Of a stretch of DNA of 64,000 bases, positions 1 through 11,780 are shown one piece after another (the first letter of the stretch is position 1; each line of letters opens with the position of its first letter). The stretch is taken from NCBI GenBank assembly GCA_963744145.1, contig CAVUSO010000001.1, positions 5,536,001-5,600,000 of the forward strand, read 5' to 3'. Source of the stretch: an uncultured cyanobacterium (GTDB lineage Bacteria; Cyanobacteriota; Cyanobacteriia; Cyanobacteriales; CAWUOF01). The notes below the pieces were generated by a model. It worked only from the letters and a program-made list of their open reading frames with translations. It had not been told where the DNA came from and did no database searches. The translations under genes and the position numbers were made by a program.

Positions 1-3000
1 TTACTGTTAACAGAATTTCTGAATATGGCGATTCAACTTACAGATATCCTCCATTATCTCTACCAAAATCGAATTATTCACAAAGATATTAAACCTGGAA
101 ATATTCTCATTAATCCAGATCATAAACAAATCAAATTAATTGACTTTAGTATTGCTTCGTTGCTGCCAAGAGAAACCCAAGAAATTAAAAATGCTAAGGT
201 TTTAGAAGGAACTTTAGCCTACATTTCTCCAGAACAAACTGGGAGAATGAATCGAGGGATAGATTATCGGAGTGACTTTTATTCCCTGGGCGTTACCTTC
301 TATGAATTATTGACAGGAGCATTACCCTTTAGCTCAGAAGATGCGATGGAATTAGTGCATTGTCATCTCGCTAAACAGTCAATACCAATCCATCAAATTA
401 ATCCAAAAGTTCCCCGAGTTTTGTCAGAAATTGTTACCAAGCTGATGGCGAAAAATGCTGAAGATCGCTATCAGAGTGCTTTAGGACTCAAGCATGATTT
501 AGAGACTTGTTTAATGCAGTTACAAACAACGGATAAAATAGAATTATTTGAGATTGGTAACCGTGATATTAGCGATCGCTTCCTGATTCCCGAAAAACTT
601 TATGGTCGAGAACAAGAAGTTGCCCAGCTATTAGCTAGCTTTGAAAGAGTCAGTACAGGTGGCACAGAAATAATGCTAGTAGCAGGTTTTTCTGGGATTG
701 GGAAAACAGCAGTTGTCAATGAAGTACATAAACCAATTGTCCGTCAGCGTGGTTATTTCATCAAAGGTAAATATGATCAATTTCAACGCAACATTCCCTT
801 CAGTGCTTTTGTGCAAGCTTTCCGCGACTTAATGGGGCAATTGCTTTCTGAATCGCATCTCCAACTACAAACCTGGAAGACTAAGATTCTCACAGCAATG
901 GGAGATAATGGACAAGTCTTAATAGACGTAATTCCTGAGTTGGAACACATAATTGGAAAACAGCCAGCAGCCACGGAATTATCAGGAAGTGCTGCTCAAA
1001 ATCGATTTAATCTCCTATTTCAAAAATTTGTGCAAGTCTTCACCAGTAAAGAACATCCATTAGTGATGTTTCTAGATGACTTGCAGTGGGCAGATTCAGC
1101 TTCCCTGAATTTGCTGCAACTACTAAGCCAAGATACAGGATATCTATTGATATTAGGTGCTTATCGGGATAATGAAGTTTCTTCCGTTCATCCCTTTATC
1201 TTCACCTTGAATGAAATTGTTAAAACTGGAGCAACAGTAAATACAATTACATTGACACCCTTAAGCGAACCCGATCTAAATCGGTTGGTAGCAGATACCC
1301 TGAATTGCGAGTTATCTCTGGCTGAACCATTGACCAAATTGGTCTATCAAAAAACTCAAGGAAATCCTTTTTTTGTATCCCAATTTCTCAAAGCATTACA
1401 TGACGACAAACTAATTAGCTTTGATTGGGAGAGCAGATATTGGCAATCGGATATTGCTCAAGTCAAAGCCTTGGCAATTACTAATGATGTAGTAGATTTC
1501 ATGGCTCTACAATTACAGAAATTACCAATAGAAACCCAGAGAATAGTCAAGTTGTCTGCTTGTATTGGAGCGCAGTTTGATTTGAATACATTAGTAATTG
1601 TCAACCAAAAATCTGTGGAAATAACAGCTACAGCTTTATGGAAAGCATTACAAGAAGGATTGGTGATTCCCACAACAGAAATCTATAAATTCTTTACGGA
1701 AGCAAATACTGATCATGTTTTCAAAACTTCAGCAAATCCAACTTATCGGTTTTTGCACGATCGCGTCCAACAAGCTGCCTATTCCCTCATTCCCAACGAT
1801 CAAAAGCAGAGAACGCATTACGAAATTGGACAACTTCTCCTCCAAAAAATTTCGACCGAAGCAAGAGAAGAACACATTTTTGAAATTGTCAACCAATTAA
1901 ATCATGGAATTTCTTTAATTACTCGACAAACAGAACGAGAAGAACTAGCAAAACTTAATCTCATCGCCTGTCGCAAAGCTAGAACTACTACTGCCTATCA
2001 AGCAGCTCGTGAATATAGTACCGTGGGGTTGTCTCTGTTAGATGAAAAAACTTGGCAACACCAATATGAAATGACCCTATCTCTGTATGAATTAGCAGTA
2101 GAAGTGGCTTTTCTGTGTGGTGACTTTGCCGAGATGGAACAATTAATTGATATAGTCATCAAACAAGCACACTCCTTACCTGAACAGGTCAATGTTTACC
2201 GCATTAGAATTCAATCTTATGTCTCCCAGAGCAAATTTACTGAAGCAATTGCACTGGGGCAACAGATGATCAAACAGTTGGGTGTAACTTTGATTGAATC
2301 ACCTACATCCACAGATATTCAAGAGGTATTCCAATCACTTAGAGAATTTATTGGAGATACAGATATTGAAGATTTTGTTCATCTACCGATGATGACAGAT
2401 CAGGCAAAACTGGCAATTATTCAGATTGCTAGTAGTCTCATATCAGCAGCTCTCAACACTGGTTCACCTTTGCTCCCATTACTGGTTGCGTTGTCTGTTC
2501 AACTATCTATTCAACATGGCAACACAGCAGGATCAGCTTTTCACTATGCTATGTATGGCATTATTCTGTGTAACCTACTGAAAGATGTAGATACAGCGGT
2601 ACGGTTTGGTGAGTTAGCATTTCGGGTTGTCTGCAAATTGGATGCCAAAGTGATTAAATCTGAAGTGTTAGCAGCACTGGGAGCATTCATTCTGCACCGC
2701 AACTCTCATATAAAAGAAACGCTATCAATCTCGCAAGAGGGTTATACAATTGGATTAGAAGTTGGAAACCTAGAATTCGCTGGAAATAATGCTACCAATT
2801 TTTGTAACAATTCTTTTTGGTGCGGTCAGCCCCTTGCTACTTTAGAACAGGATGTTCGCACATACTGCCATCAGTTTATGCAACTACATCAATCGATGTT
2901 AGCCAATCGCTGTCGAATCGTTTGGCAATGTATGTTAAATCTGTTGGGTTTTACAGAGCATCCTTACATTTTGTTAGGTGAAGCCATTCAAGAAACAGAA

Positions 3001-5046
3001 TTTTTGCCCCTGCTAGGATCTGCTAATGATTTATTTGGATTGTATTTTTTCTATTTGTATAAGCTGGCACTTTGCTTCTGGTTTGAGGAAATTAAACAAG
3101 CTACAAATTACGCAATTGAAGTGAAACGCTATGCAATTGCTGGTGCTGGAACTGTTGGTGAACCTGTATTTTATTTCTATGATTCTTTGACCATTTTAGC
3201 ACACTTGAGTCAACTGTCTGATGAGACATCAGAAGCATTAGAATCTGTAGCACAAAACCAAACTGAGTTAGGACATTGGGCGCACTATGCGCCGATGAAT
3301 CACCAACATAAATTTGATTTGGTAGTAGCAGAAAAATATCGAGTTTTAGGAAAAAATTATGAAGCGGGAGATTGGTACGATCGCGCTATTTCTGGAGCCA
3401 AAGAAAATGGCTATATTCAGGAAGAAGCCCTCGCTAATGAACTAGCGGCTAAATTTTATCTCAACTGGGGTAAAGAAAAAGTTGCTGCTGGCTATATAAT
3501 TGAAGCCTACTACTGTTATGCTCGTTGGGGAGCTAAAGCTAAGGTAGTTGATCTAGAAACCCGTTATCCTCAACTGCTCCAGCCGATCTTGCAACAACCC
3601 CAATCTAGTTTCAATCCCTTAGTGACCCTGATTAATATTTCTCACTCATCGACTCAATCCGACCACACTAACATTTCTGATTTGCTAGATTTTGCCTCTT
3701 TACTTAAAGCTGCTCAGACTATTTCGAGTGAGATCAAGCTGGATGAACTGCTCAAGAAACTTACCCAAATTCTTCTGCAAAACTCCGGAGGTGACAAGTG
3801 CGTGTTAGTTCTACCCCAGGATGGCACTTGGCTAGTGAAAGCCATTTCAACCCTGGAAGCTACAGAACTTTGCTCAGATCCCTTAGATGATCATCTCAAG
3901 GTTCCCATTAAACTGATTCAGTATGTCAAACGAACACAATCATTAGTTGTAATTAATAACTTAGAAACGGATTTACCTGTTATTGATAACTATTTAACCC
4001 AATACTATCCCAAGAGCATCTTAGGTTTAGCCATTCTCAACCAAGGACAATTAGCGGGGATTCTTTATTTAGAAAATCGCTCAACTGCTGGAGTATTCAC
4101 GAGCGATCGCCTTACGGTGATCAACTTCCTCTGCACTCAAGCTGCTATATCTCTCTTAAACGCTCGACTGTATCAACAAGCACAAAACTATGCTCAACAA
4201 CTAGAAAAAACTCAATTACAAATTATCCAAAGCGAGAAAATGTCAGCTTTAGGTAATCTTGTCGCTGGAGTAGCCCACGAAATTAATAATCCGGTTGGGT
4301 TTATTTCCGGTAATTTAACGGAAGTGCAGAATAGTTTAACAGACTTGATTGAACACTTAAATTTACATTATGCTAAAGCCAGTATTACTGAGATTGAAAA
4401 CCATGCGGTCGAGATTGATTTAGAGTATATTTTGGCAGATTTACCGAAAATGATTGCTTCAATGCAAATGGGATGCGATCGCATTAAAGAGATTAGTACC
4501 AGTTTGAGAAATTTCTCCCGTGGGGATAACGATCGCCCCGTTCCTTGTCAGATCCACGATTGCATTGATAGTACCTTGTTGATTCTGAAACATCGTCTCA
4601 ATGCTAACGATACTCGTCCCAAAATTAGCATCATCAAAGATTATGGCGATTTACCCCAAATAGAGTGCTTTGCTGGACAGCTAAATCAAGTATTTATGAA
4701 TCTGTTAGCTAATGCGATCGATGCTCTTGAAGAAAGTAATCAAGGACGTAGTTATGCAGAGATTCAAGCTAAACCTAACCAAATCACGATCAAAACCGAA
4801 TTATCACCAGAGCAACAAGTAATAATTCGGATTCAAGACAATGGCAAAGGGATGTCCCAGGAAGTGCAGCAAAAGATTTTTGAGCATTTATTTACTACTA
4901 AGGGTGTGGGGAAAGGAACGGGATTGGGATTGGCGATCGCACGGCAAATTATTGAAGAAAAACATCAAGGAACAATTATGGTTAAATCTGAGTTAAGAGT
5001 GGGTACAGAATTTATCCTATCCCTACCAATTAGATTATCAATATAA
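1..5046 (+). CDS. Trifunctional Ser/Thr kinase / AAA ATPase / GAF / sensor histidine kinase (HstK-like); 5' end lies upstream of the window
   Basis: Frame open from base 1; HKDIKPGN, DFSIAS and SPEQTGR kinase motifs; Walker A GFSGIGKT; LDDLQWAD; GAF region; H-box AHEINNP; N-box NLLANAIDA; G boxes DNGKG and GTGLGL. Confidence 0.93.
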   Translation, partial: LLLTEFLNMAIQLTDILHYLYQNRIIHKDIKPGNILINPDHKQIKLIDFSIASLLPRETQEIKNAKVLEGTLAYISPEQTGRMNRGIDYRSDFYSLGVTFYELLTGALPFSSEDAMELVHCHLAKQSIPIHQINPKVPRVLSEIVTKLMAKNAEDRYQSALGLKHDLETCLMQLQTTDKIELFEIGNRDISDRFLIPEKLYGREQEVAQLLASFERVSTGGTEIMLVAGFSGIGKTAVVNEVHKPIVRQRGYFIKGKYDQFQRNIPFSAFVQAFRDLMGQLLSESHLQLQTWKTKILTAMGDNGQVLIDVIPELEHIIGKQPAATELSGSAAQNRFNLLFQKFVQVFTSKEHPLVMFLDDLQWADSASLNLLQLLSQDTGYLLILGAYRDNEVSSVHPFIFTLNEIVKTGATVNTITLTPLSEPDLNRLVADTLNCELSLAEPLTKLVYQKTQGNPFFVSQFLKALHDDKLISFDWESRYWQSDIAQVKALAITNDVVDFMALQLQKLPIETQRIVKLSACIGAQFDLNTLVIVNQKSVEITATALWKALQEGLVIPTTEIYKFFTEANTDHVFKTSANPTYRFLHDRVQQAAYSLIPNDQKQRTHYEIGQLLLQKISTEAREEHIFEIVNQLNHGISLITRQTEREELAKLNLIACRKARTTTAYQAAREYSTVGLSLLDEKTWQHQYEMTLSLYELAVEVAFLCGDFAEMEQLIDIVIKQAHSLPEQVNVYRIRIQSYVSQSKFTEAIALGQQMIKQLGVTLIESPTSTDIQEVFQSLREFIGDTDIEDFVHLPMMTDQAKLAIIQIASSLISAALNTGSPLLPLLVALSVQLSIQHGNTAGSAFHYAMYGIILCNLLKDVDTAVRFGELAFRVVCKLDAKVIKSEVLAALGAFILHRNSHIKETLSISQEGYTIGLEVGNLEFAGNNATNFCNNSFWCGQPLATLEQDVRTYCHQFMQLHQSMLANRCRIVWQCMLNLLGFTEHPYILLGEAIQETEFLPLLGSANDLFGLYFFYLYKLALCFWFEEIKQATNYAIEVKRYAIAGAGTVGEPVFYFYDSLTILAHLSQLSDETSEALESVAQNQTELGHWAHYAPMNHQHKFDLVVAEKYRVLGKNYEAGDWYDRAISGAKENGYIQEEALANELAAKFYLNWGKEKVAAGYIIEAYYCYARWGAKAKVVDLETRYPQLLQPILQQPQSSFNPLVTLINISHSSTQSDHTNISDLLDFASLLKAAQTISSEIKLDELLKKLTQILLQNSGGDKCVLVLPQDGTWLVKAISTLEATELCSDPLDDHLKVPIKLIQYVKRTQSLVVINNLETDLPVIDNYLTQYYPKSILGLAILNQGQLAGILYLENRSTAGVFTSDRLTVINFLCTQAAISLLNARLYQQAQNYAQQLEKTQLQIIQSEKMSALGNLVAGVAHEINNPVGFISGNLTEVQNSLTDLIEHLNLHYAKASITEIENHAVEIDLEYILADLPKMIASMQMGCDRIKEISTSLRNFSRGDNDRPVPCQIHDCIDSTLLILKHRLNANDTRPKISIIKDYGDLPQIECFAGQLNQVFMNLLANAIDALEESNQGRSYAEIQAKPNQITIKTELSPEQQVIIRIQDNGKGMSQEVQQKIFEHLFTTKGVGKGTGLGLAIARQIIEEKHQGTIMVKSELRVGTEFILSLPIRLSI

Positions 5047-5089
5047 TAAAATAGTTGTCAAAATCTAAATCCCGAGGATTGATTAGAGT

Positions 5090-8000
5090 ATGAATGCGAT
5101 CGCCAACTTGTCAGGTTATCACATAACAGAGGAAATCTATCTAAGTAATCGTACCCTTATCTATAGAGGTATTCGGATCAATGATCAACTTCCTGTTGTA
5201 GTGAAAATCCTCCAAAATGAATACCCCAACTTTAATGACCTCGTTCAATTTCGCAACCAATATACAATTATTAAAAACCTTAACCATCCTAGCATTATCA
5301 AACCCTTGGCTCTAGAACCATACCGCAATAGTTATGCTTTAGTCATGGAAGACCTTAATGATATATCTTTGTCTGAGTATCTTAATAATCTAACAGAATA
5401 TCGGCCAGAATATAAATCCTTACATTTAGTAGATTTTTTAGAGATAGCGATCCAATTAACATCCAGTCTCCATTATCTCTATCAAAATCGAGTCATTCAC
5501 AAAGATATTAAACCCGCTAATATCCTAATTAATCCAAAGACCAAGCAAATTAAACTAATAGACTTTAGTATTTCTTCTCTATTATCAAGAGAAACTCAAG
5601 AAATTCAGAATCCTAACATTTTAGAAGGAACATTAGCCTATCTTTCCCCAGAGCAGCCTGGGAGAATGAATCGAGGGATAGATTATCGAAGTGATTTTTA
5701 TTCTTTAGGAATTACTTTCTATCAATTATTGACCAAAAAATTACCATTTTCCTCAGAAGATGCAATGGAAATGGTACATTGCCATCTCGCTAAACAACCA
5801 ATACCAATCCATGAAGTCAATGCAGAAATTCCTTTAACTTTATCAGCAATTGTCCAGAAATTGATGGCAAAAAATGCCGAAGATCGCTATCAAAGTGCCC
5901 GAGGAATCAAACATGATTTAGAGATTTGTTTAAGTCAATTACAAAGAACAGGCAAAATAGAACCTTTTGAAATTGGCAAAAGAGATTTGAGCGATCGCTT
6001 TACTATTCCCGAAAAACTCTACGGTAGAGAAATAGAAGTAGCAACTCTGATCGAAGCATTTGAAAGAGTCAGCACAGGTCAGACCGAGTTATTGCTAGTA
6101 GCAGGTTTTTCAGGAATTGGGAAAACTGCGGTTGTGAATGAAGTGCATAAACCGATTGTCCGTCAACGTGGTTATTTTATTAAAGGTAAATACGACCAAT
6201 TTCAACGAAATATTCCCTTTAGTGCTTTTGTCCAAGCTTTCCGTGACTTAATGGGTCAATTACTATCTGAGTCTAATATTCAATTAGAAATCTGGAAGAC
6301 TGAGATTTTAACCGCACTAGGACACAACGGAAAAGTTTTGATTGATGTAATTCCTGAATTGGAGCATATCATCGGTAAACAACCACCTGCATCAGAACTC
6401 TCAGGAACCGCTGCTCAAAATCGGTTTAATTTGCTATTTCAAAAATTTGTGCAAGTCTTTACCAGTAAAGAACATCCGTTAGTAATATTTTTGGATGACT
6501 TGCAATGGGCTGATTCAGCATCTCTAAAATTGCTACAATTATTGATGCAAGATACAGAATACTTATTGATATTAGGTGCTTATCGAGATAATGAAGTTTC
6601 CTCTATACATCCATTCATCTTAACAGTAGATGATCTGGTTAAAACTGGAGTAAAAGTCAATACAATTACTTTGCTACCATTAAGCGAATCAGAACTAAAT
6701 CAGCTATTAGCAGATACACTGAATTGCGAATTATCTCTTGCCAAACCTTTGACAAAATTAGTATATCAAAAGACCAAGGGTAATCCTTTTTTTGCGACCC
6801 AGTTTCTGAAAGCATTACATGAAGATCAACTAATTAATTTTGACTGGGAAATGCAACATTGGCAGTGTGATATTGCTCAAGTTAAAGCATTAGCGATTAC
6901 TGATGATGTAGTAGAATTTATGGCTTTGCAATTGCAGAAATTGCCAACAGAGACTCAAGATATACTTAAATTAGCGGCTTGTATTGGGGCTCAGTTTGAT
7001 TTAAGCACCTTAGTAATTATTAGTGGTAATTCTGCCGAAAAGACAGCGACAAATTTATGGAAATCATTACAGGAAGGATTGGTAATTCCCACCACCAAAA
7101 TCTATAAATTCTTTACTCAAATGGAGCATGAAGAAGTTCTTCATGCTTCAGCTAATCCGACTTATAGATTTTTGCACGATCGGGTTCAACAAGCTGCCTA
7201 TTCCCTCATCCCTGAAGCTCAAAAACAACCAACACACTTGAAAATTGGACAGCAATTATTAAAGGCAAGTTCCTTAATAGAGAGAGATGAAAAACTATTA
7301 GAGATAGTCAATCAATTAAACCAAGGTATAGAATTGATTGGATCACCAGATGAACGCCATGAACTGGCTATGCTTAATCTAGCTGCTGCACAAAAGGTAA
7401 AATCATCAACAGCTTACCAGGCAGCAATAGAATATGTAACCAAAGGTATTCAATTGTTACCTAGTGATGCTTGGCAACAGAGCTATAAACTAATCTTATC
7501 TCTGTATGAATTAGGAGCCGAAGTTTCCTGTCTGAGTGGCAATTTCCAAGAAATGGGGCATTTTGTAGATGTTGTATTACAACAGGCTCAAGAATTGTTA
7601 GACAAAGTGAAAGTTTACGAAGTTAAAATTTTAGCCTATGTAGCTCAAAGTAAACAACTAGATGCCATTGAAACAGCCCTCTATGTGCTCAAATTACTAG
7701 GCGTGATATTTCCCAAAGAAGTTACCCAAGGAGATATTACTGACAGCTTGCAAGAGACCCAGGCAATGCTAGCAGATAAAAACCTTGAAATCTTATTAGA
7801 ACTACCAGAAATGGTGGACTCTAAAGCATTAGCTGCTATCCGAATTTTGGCATCCATGACTGCGGGTGTATATGTAGCAGCGCCAAGCTTTTTACCATTG
7901 GTTGTTTTCAAACAGGTACAGCTATCAATCCAGTATGGAAACTCCGCAGTGTCAGCATCTGCTTATGCTTGGTATGGAATAATTTTATGCAGTGTGGTGG

Positions 8001-9385
8001 GAGATATTAATGGAGGTAATGAGGCTGGAGAATTAGCATTAGCACTCCTGTTTCGGCTCCAGAATAAGGAATTTAAAGCTAGTACATACAATTCAATCTA
8101 TTCGTTTATAAAACCCTGGAAATATCACATTCGGGGTTCGCTGAAACCTTTAGTTGAGGGATACCATAGCGGGTTGGAAAATGGTGCGCTAGAATACGCT
8201 GGCTACTCGGCTTGGAATTATTGCTATCTATCATTTTTTGCTGGTAAAGAACTATCAAGTTTAGAACAGGAGATGATCGAATATTGTCAAGCATTGGGAC
8301 AACTTAAACAAGTAGCCTACAATTATGTCAGAATTTTTCACCAATCAGTTTTAAATTTATTGGGTCAGAGTGAATCTCCTTGGCTAATTCAGGGAAAAGT
8401 ATATGATGAGCAAATCGTATTATCACAGCAAAAAGTAGACGATCTGTATGAACTTGCGGTGCTGTATATTAGCAAGCTCATACTTTGTTATCTTTTTGAA
8501 AAATGGGAATATGCTAAAGATATCGCAGACTCCACTAAGCAATATTTACCGGCAGCACCTGGGGCTTTTAAAGTTACAGTATTTCATTTCTATGACTCAC
8601 TGACCCAACTTGCTATGCGATCGGATACAACGAAAGAAGAACGAGAACAAATACAGCAAAGAGTCCAGGAAAATCAATCCAAATTGCAACATTGGGCAGA
8701 ATATGCGCCCATGAATTATTTGCATAAGTGGTATTTGGTAGAAGCTGAAAAATTTCGAGTTTTAGGAGAAAAAATAGCCTCCATAGAGCTATATGACAAA
8801 GCGATCGCCCTAGCCAAAGAAAACGGCTATATTCAAGAGGAATCTCTTGCTAATGAGCTGGCTGCTAAGTTTTACTGGGAATGGGGTAAGGAGAAAGTTG
8901 CTGCGGGCTATATGCAAGAAGCTTATTACTGTTATGCTCGTTGGGGTGCTAGAGCCAAGATTAATGATCTAGAAACTCGCTATCCTCACCTGCTTCAGCC
9001 GATCCTACAACAACCAAAAACTAATTTTCGTCTCCTAGAAACCCTGACTCAGATTACTCACTCTTCAAACCAAGTTGATTACTCCAGTATTTCTGATCTG
9101 TTGGATTTTACATCTGTGATCAAAGCAGCTCAAACAATCTCAAGTGAGATCCAACTAGATGAACTGCTCAAGCAACTCACCCAAATTATTCTCCAAAACT
9201 CCGGAGGTGACCAATGTGTGTTAGTTTTGCCCCAAGATGAAATTTGGCAGATTAGAGCTATCTCAACCTTGGAAACCACGGAAATTTGTTCAGAGTCATT
9301 AGATGATTATGCTAACGTTCCGGTCAAATTGATTCAATACGTTAAGCGAACCCAAACAGCGGTTCTGAAGCCACCCCAGCCCTAA
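5090..9385 (+). pseudogene. Paralogous Ser/Thr kinase / AAA ATPase / GAF protein, truncated inside the GAF domain by the IS200/IS605 end
   Basis: Collinear with the upstream paralogue up to IQYVKRTQ, then runs into IS end sequence (LKPPQP*); His kinase module absent; SPEQTGR changed to SPEQPGR. Confidence 0.85.
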
Positions 9386-10941
9386 AGGGACGGGGGTTCA
9401 AAATGCAATAATGCCTCTTCTTGGCTCTCCCAATTTGGTACAACATCCAAGACCTTAGCATCAGAATTTTGAACTTTCGCTGCGACTCGCTCTGACTCTG
9501 GGAATTTCCCAAAGGAAGAAGAAACTCGTCCTTCTACTCGCAAGTTAGTTTGGGTGACCTGTCTCCAAGCCGCATACAGGATCGGTTCCGAACCCAACCA
9601 AGCATCAATAGCTTGATTTGCTTGAAGCAGTTCATTTTCGTCAACAAATTTGGCAAGAAACGCTGAATATAAATCTCTCTGACAAAGAATTCCACAATCA
9701 CATTGATGGATTCTGTCGGAAAGATTCTTTTTCTTCACGTTGCCACATTGACAAGTTTGCGACAGTTTAGTTGCATAAGTTGAGAATTCAATCACCTTAG
9801 CACCAGCACTTTCAGCCCTGCGCTTTAGATGCGATACAAATTCCCCTGGTGCGCGTTTTCCTACCGACTTGCCGAATAATTTCTGAAAAGCTTTGTAGGA
9901 AAGTTTTTCTAATTTAACAGTATTACCTTGACGGAGAATTTCATTAACTAATTTTCCATGTAACGACTTTCGATGAGCCGCTAATTCTCGTTCTAGATTA
10001 GCCTTAGATGTTCTGGTTTGAAGATAGGTTTTGGAATTATTCCACCCTCTACATCCTTTTTTGACAGTTCCTTTTTTCGGTTTTCCTTCTTTGTCAATAA
10101 AATCCGGGTTGTAGTTGTGGGGATTATTCACTCTTCTAGACCGTTCCATCTTTCTTTGTAGTCGGCGAATTTCCTTATCCTTCGACTGCAATTCTGATGC
10201 GAACAGGGTTAATTTGGCTGAATCATCTCCCACAATAGCAATAGTAGATGGTCCAATATCTAGACCAACAGAACCATTACCAATTTTGTTCTTAGGCTTT
10301 TGAAATGGTTTGCCTTCAGCAACTAATTGAGCGTAGTAGAAAACCTTGCCATTAATTCGACGACGCACCAATCTAACGTATTTAACTCGACTGTTTAAGC
10401 CATGAGTTATTACTGGATCGTAGGTTGTTAAATATGGTTTTAATTTGAGATCACCCCAAACTAAGATTTCTTTCACCCATCTAATTCCAGTTTTATTGGT
10501 CTTGCCTTCTAAGGAATCAAGTTGATTTTTACCTTTAAACCGAACTTTCTTAGCTTTACCGAAAGCTACTCGGCTAGAGGCATTGAAGGCACGGCTTGCC
10601 AATTTTTGAGCGGTATTTGCGTCAATATGGTCGCTCAACCAAGAATTGCGAACAGTCGTACAATAAGAATGCAAATCATATTCGCTATATTTATATGCCT
10701 GATTTGCTTCTTTGAATGCTGCTGTTCTGGCCTTACCCTTTTTAAGCTTTCTGGCTTCTTGATATTTCTTAGATTGTTTAACCAGCTTTAGTCGCCGCAT
10801 TGCCTCTCCCAAGCAGGCGTTATAAAGTTGCCGACCCGCTTCAAATCTAGAATTTAAAACCCCAGCATCTTTGTCGGATACCACCAAAGGTATCTCAACA
10901 ATAAATGATGGGGTCTTAGTAGGTCTAGATTGGCGAGGCAT
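9382..10941 (-). CDS. tnpB: RNA-guided endonuclease TnpB (519 aa)
   Basis: RQLYNACL helix; RuvC-I VGLDIG; RuvC-II LEKLS; Zn ribbon SQTCQCG...HQCDCG; RuvC-III QRDLYSA. Confidence 0.92.
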   Translation of the reverse strand: MPRQSRPTKTPSFIVEIPLVVSDKDAGVLNSRFEAGRQLYNACLGEAMRRLKLVKQSKKYQEARKLKKGKARTAAFKEANQAYKYSEYDLHSYCTTVRNSWLSDHIDANTAQKLASRAFNASSRVAFGKAKKVRFKGKNQLDSLEGKTNKTGIRWVKEILVWGDLKLKPYLTTYDPVITHGLNSRVKYVRLVRRRINGKVFYYAQLVAEGKPFQKPKNKIGNGSVGLDIGPSTIAIVGDDSAKLTLFASELQSKDKEIRRLQRKMERSRRVNNPHNYNPDFIDKEGKPKKGTVKKGCRGWNNSKTYLQTRTSKANLERELAAHRKSLHGKLVNEILRQGNTVKLEKLSYKAFQKLFGKSVGKRAPGEFVSHLKRRAESAGAKVIEFSTYATKLSQTCQCGNVKKKNLSDRIHQCDCGILCQRDLYSAFLAKFVDENELLQANQAIDAWLGSEPILYAAWRQVTQTNLRVEGRVSSSFGKFPESERVAAKVQNSDAKVLDVVPNWESQEEALLHFEPPSL

Positions 10942-11223
10942 TGACTTATTAGTTAAACGATGTCACTATTATACGGTAGGCAATTACATACTAGCAATGG
11001 CAAATCACTTTAAATCAAATAACAATATCTTATATGTTTGTCAATATCACATTGTCTGGTGTCCCAAGTATCGACGCTTTCGTGTTAGTCAACGGTGTTG
11101 ATACTAGACTGAAAGAAATTATTCACGAAGTAGCTAAGCGAGAAGAAATGCGAAATTATTGAGCTTGAAGTCATGCCAGATCATGTTCATTTATTGATTA
11201 GCATTGACCCTCAATTTGGCGTC

Positions 11224-11252
11224 CGTAGGGGCGTATTGCAATACGCCCGTAC
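11224..11252 (+). repeat. GTAG-type REP-like palindrome inside tnpA
   Basis: CGTAGGGGCGTATTGCAATACGCCCGTAC; exact reverse-complement copy at 11419-11447. Confidence 0.85.
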
Positions 11253-11418
11253 TTAAAATTATGAAAGGTAGATCATCTCGATATTTGAGGCAAGAGTTTC
11301 CTTGGCTCAAAAGTAGACTACCTACCTTGTGGACTAATTCTTATTTTGTGGCTACTGTTGGCGGTGCGCCGTTAGATGTCGTCAAGAAATATATTGAAAA
11401 TCAGAAATGGAAACCAGG

Positions 11419-11447
11419 GTACGGGCGTATTGCAATACGCCCCTACG
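11419..11447 (-). repeat. GTAG-type REP-like palindrome at the tnpA 3' end
   Basis: GTACGGGCGTATTGCAATACGCCCCTACG, the exact reverse complement of 11224-11252. Confidence 0.85.
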
Positions 11448-11780
11448 GCGATTAAAATCGCCTGGTCCATTTCCTCCCCATGTCTAAAGCCAGGGGCTTC
11501 CATGTACGTTTTTCGGTGAAAAATTTCAAAACTTAGCGAGAGAATAATTGTCCTGCTGGAAATCTGAAACTGGGAGTTTGGATCTCGGATTTACCCATCT
11601 GGATGATCCCACGAAAATAAATTAATAGGGATATATTAGCTGGGGCGATCAGATCAGTTTTAGTCCTATATGCCCACTCGGACATAGTCCCAAGGTTATT
11701 TTGGTTTTATTGATTGAAACTGGAACATTTTTGTCTAATTTACGTCTTACTAGGATACTTTTTATACATAATTAGGGTAT

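Larger units (their letters stand above)
10997..11455 (+). pseudogene. tnpA: IS200-type Y1 HUH transposase TnpA, frameshifted and interrupted by a REP-like palindrome
   Basis: Fragments in different frames: YHIVWCPKYRR / VLVNGVDTRLKEII / EVMPDHVHLLISIDPQFGV / KIMKGRSSRYLRQEF...LWTNSYFVATVGG...VKKYIENQK. Confidence 0.9.
9366..11520 (-). mobile_element. IS200/IS605-family element with divergent tnpA and tnpB; left boundary approximate
   Basis: Related subterminal imperfect hairpins at about 9374-9396 (CCCCAGCCCTAAAGGGACGGGG) and about 11476-11496 (CCCCATGTCTAAAGCCAGGGG); right end finishes TTCA on the minus strand at 9366; tnpB and tnpA lie between. Confidence 0.85.

Noticed and set aside
9386..10870. 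Plus-strand ORFs 10115-10303 and 10522-10791, and similar short ORFs overlapping long genes throughout the window
   Set aside because: Shadow ORFs on the antisense strand or in alternative frames of well-supported genes, with no recognisable motifs.
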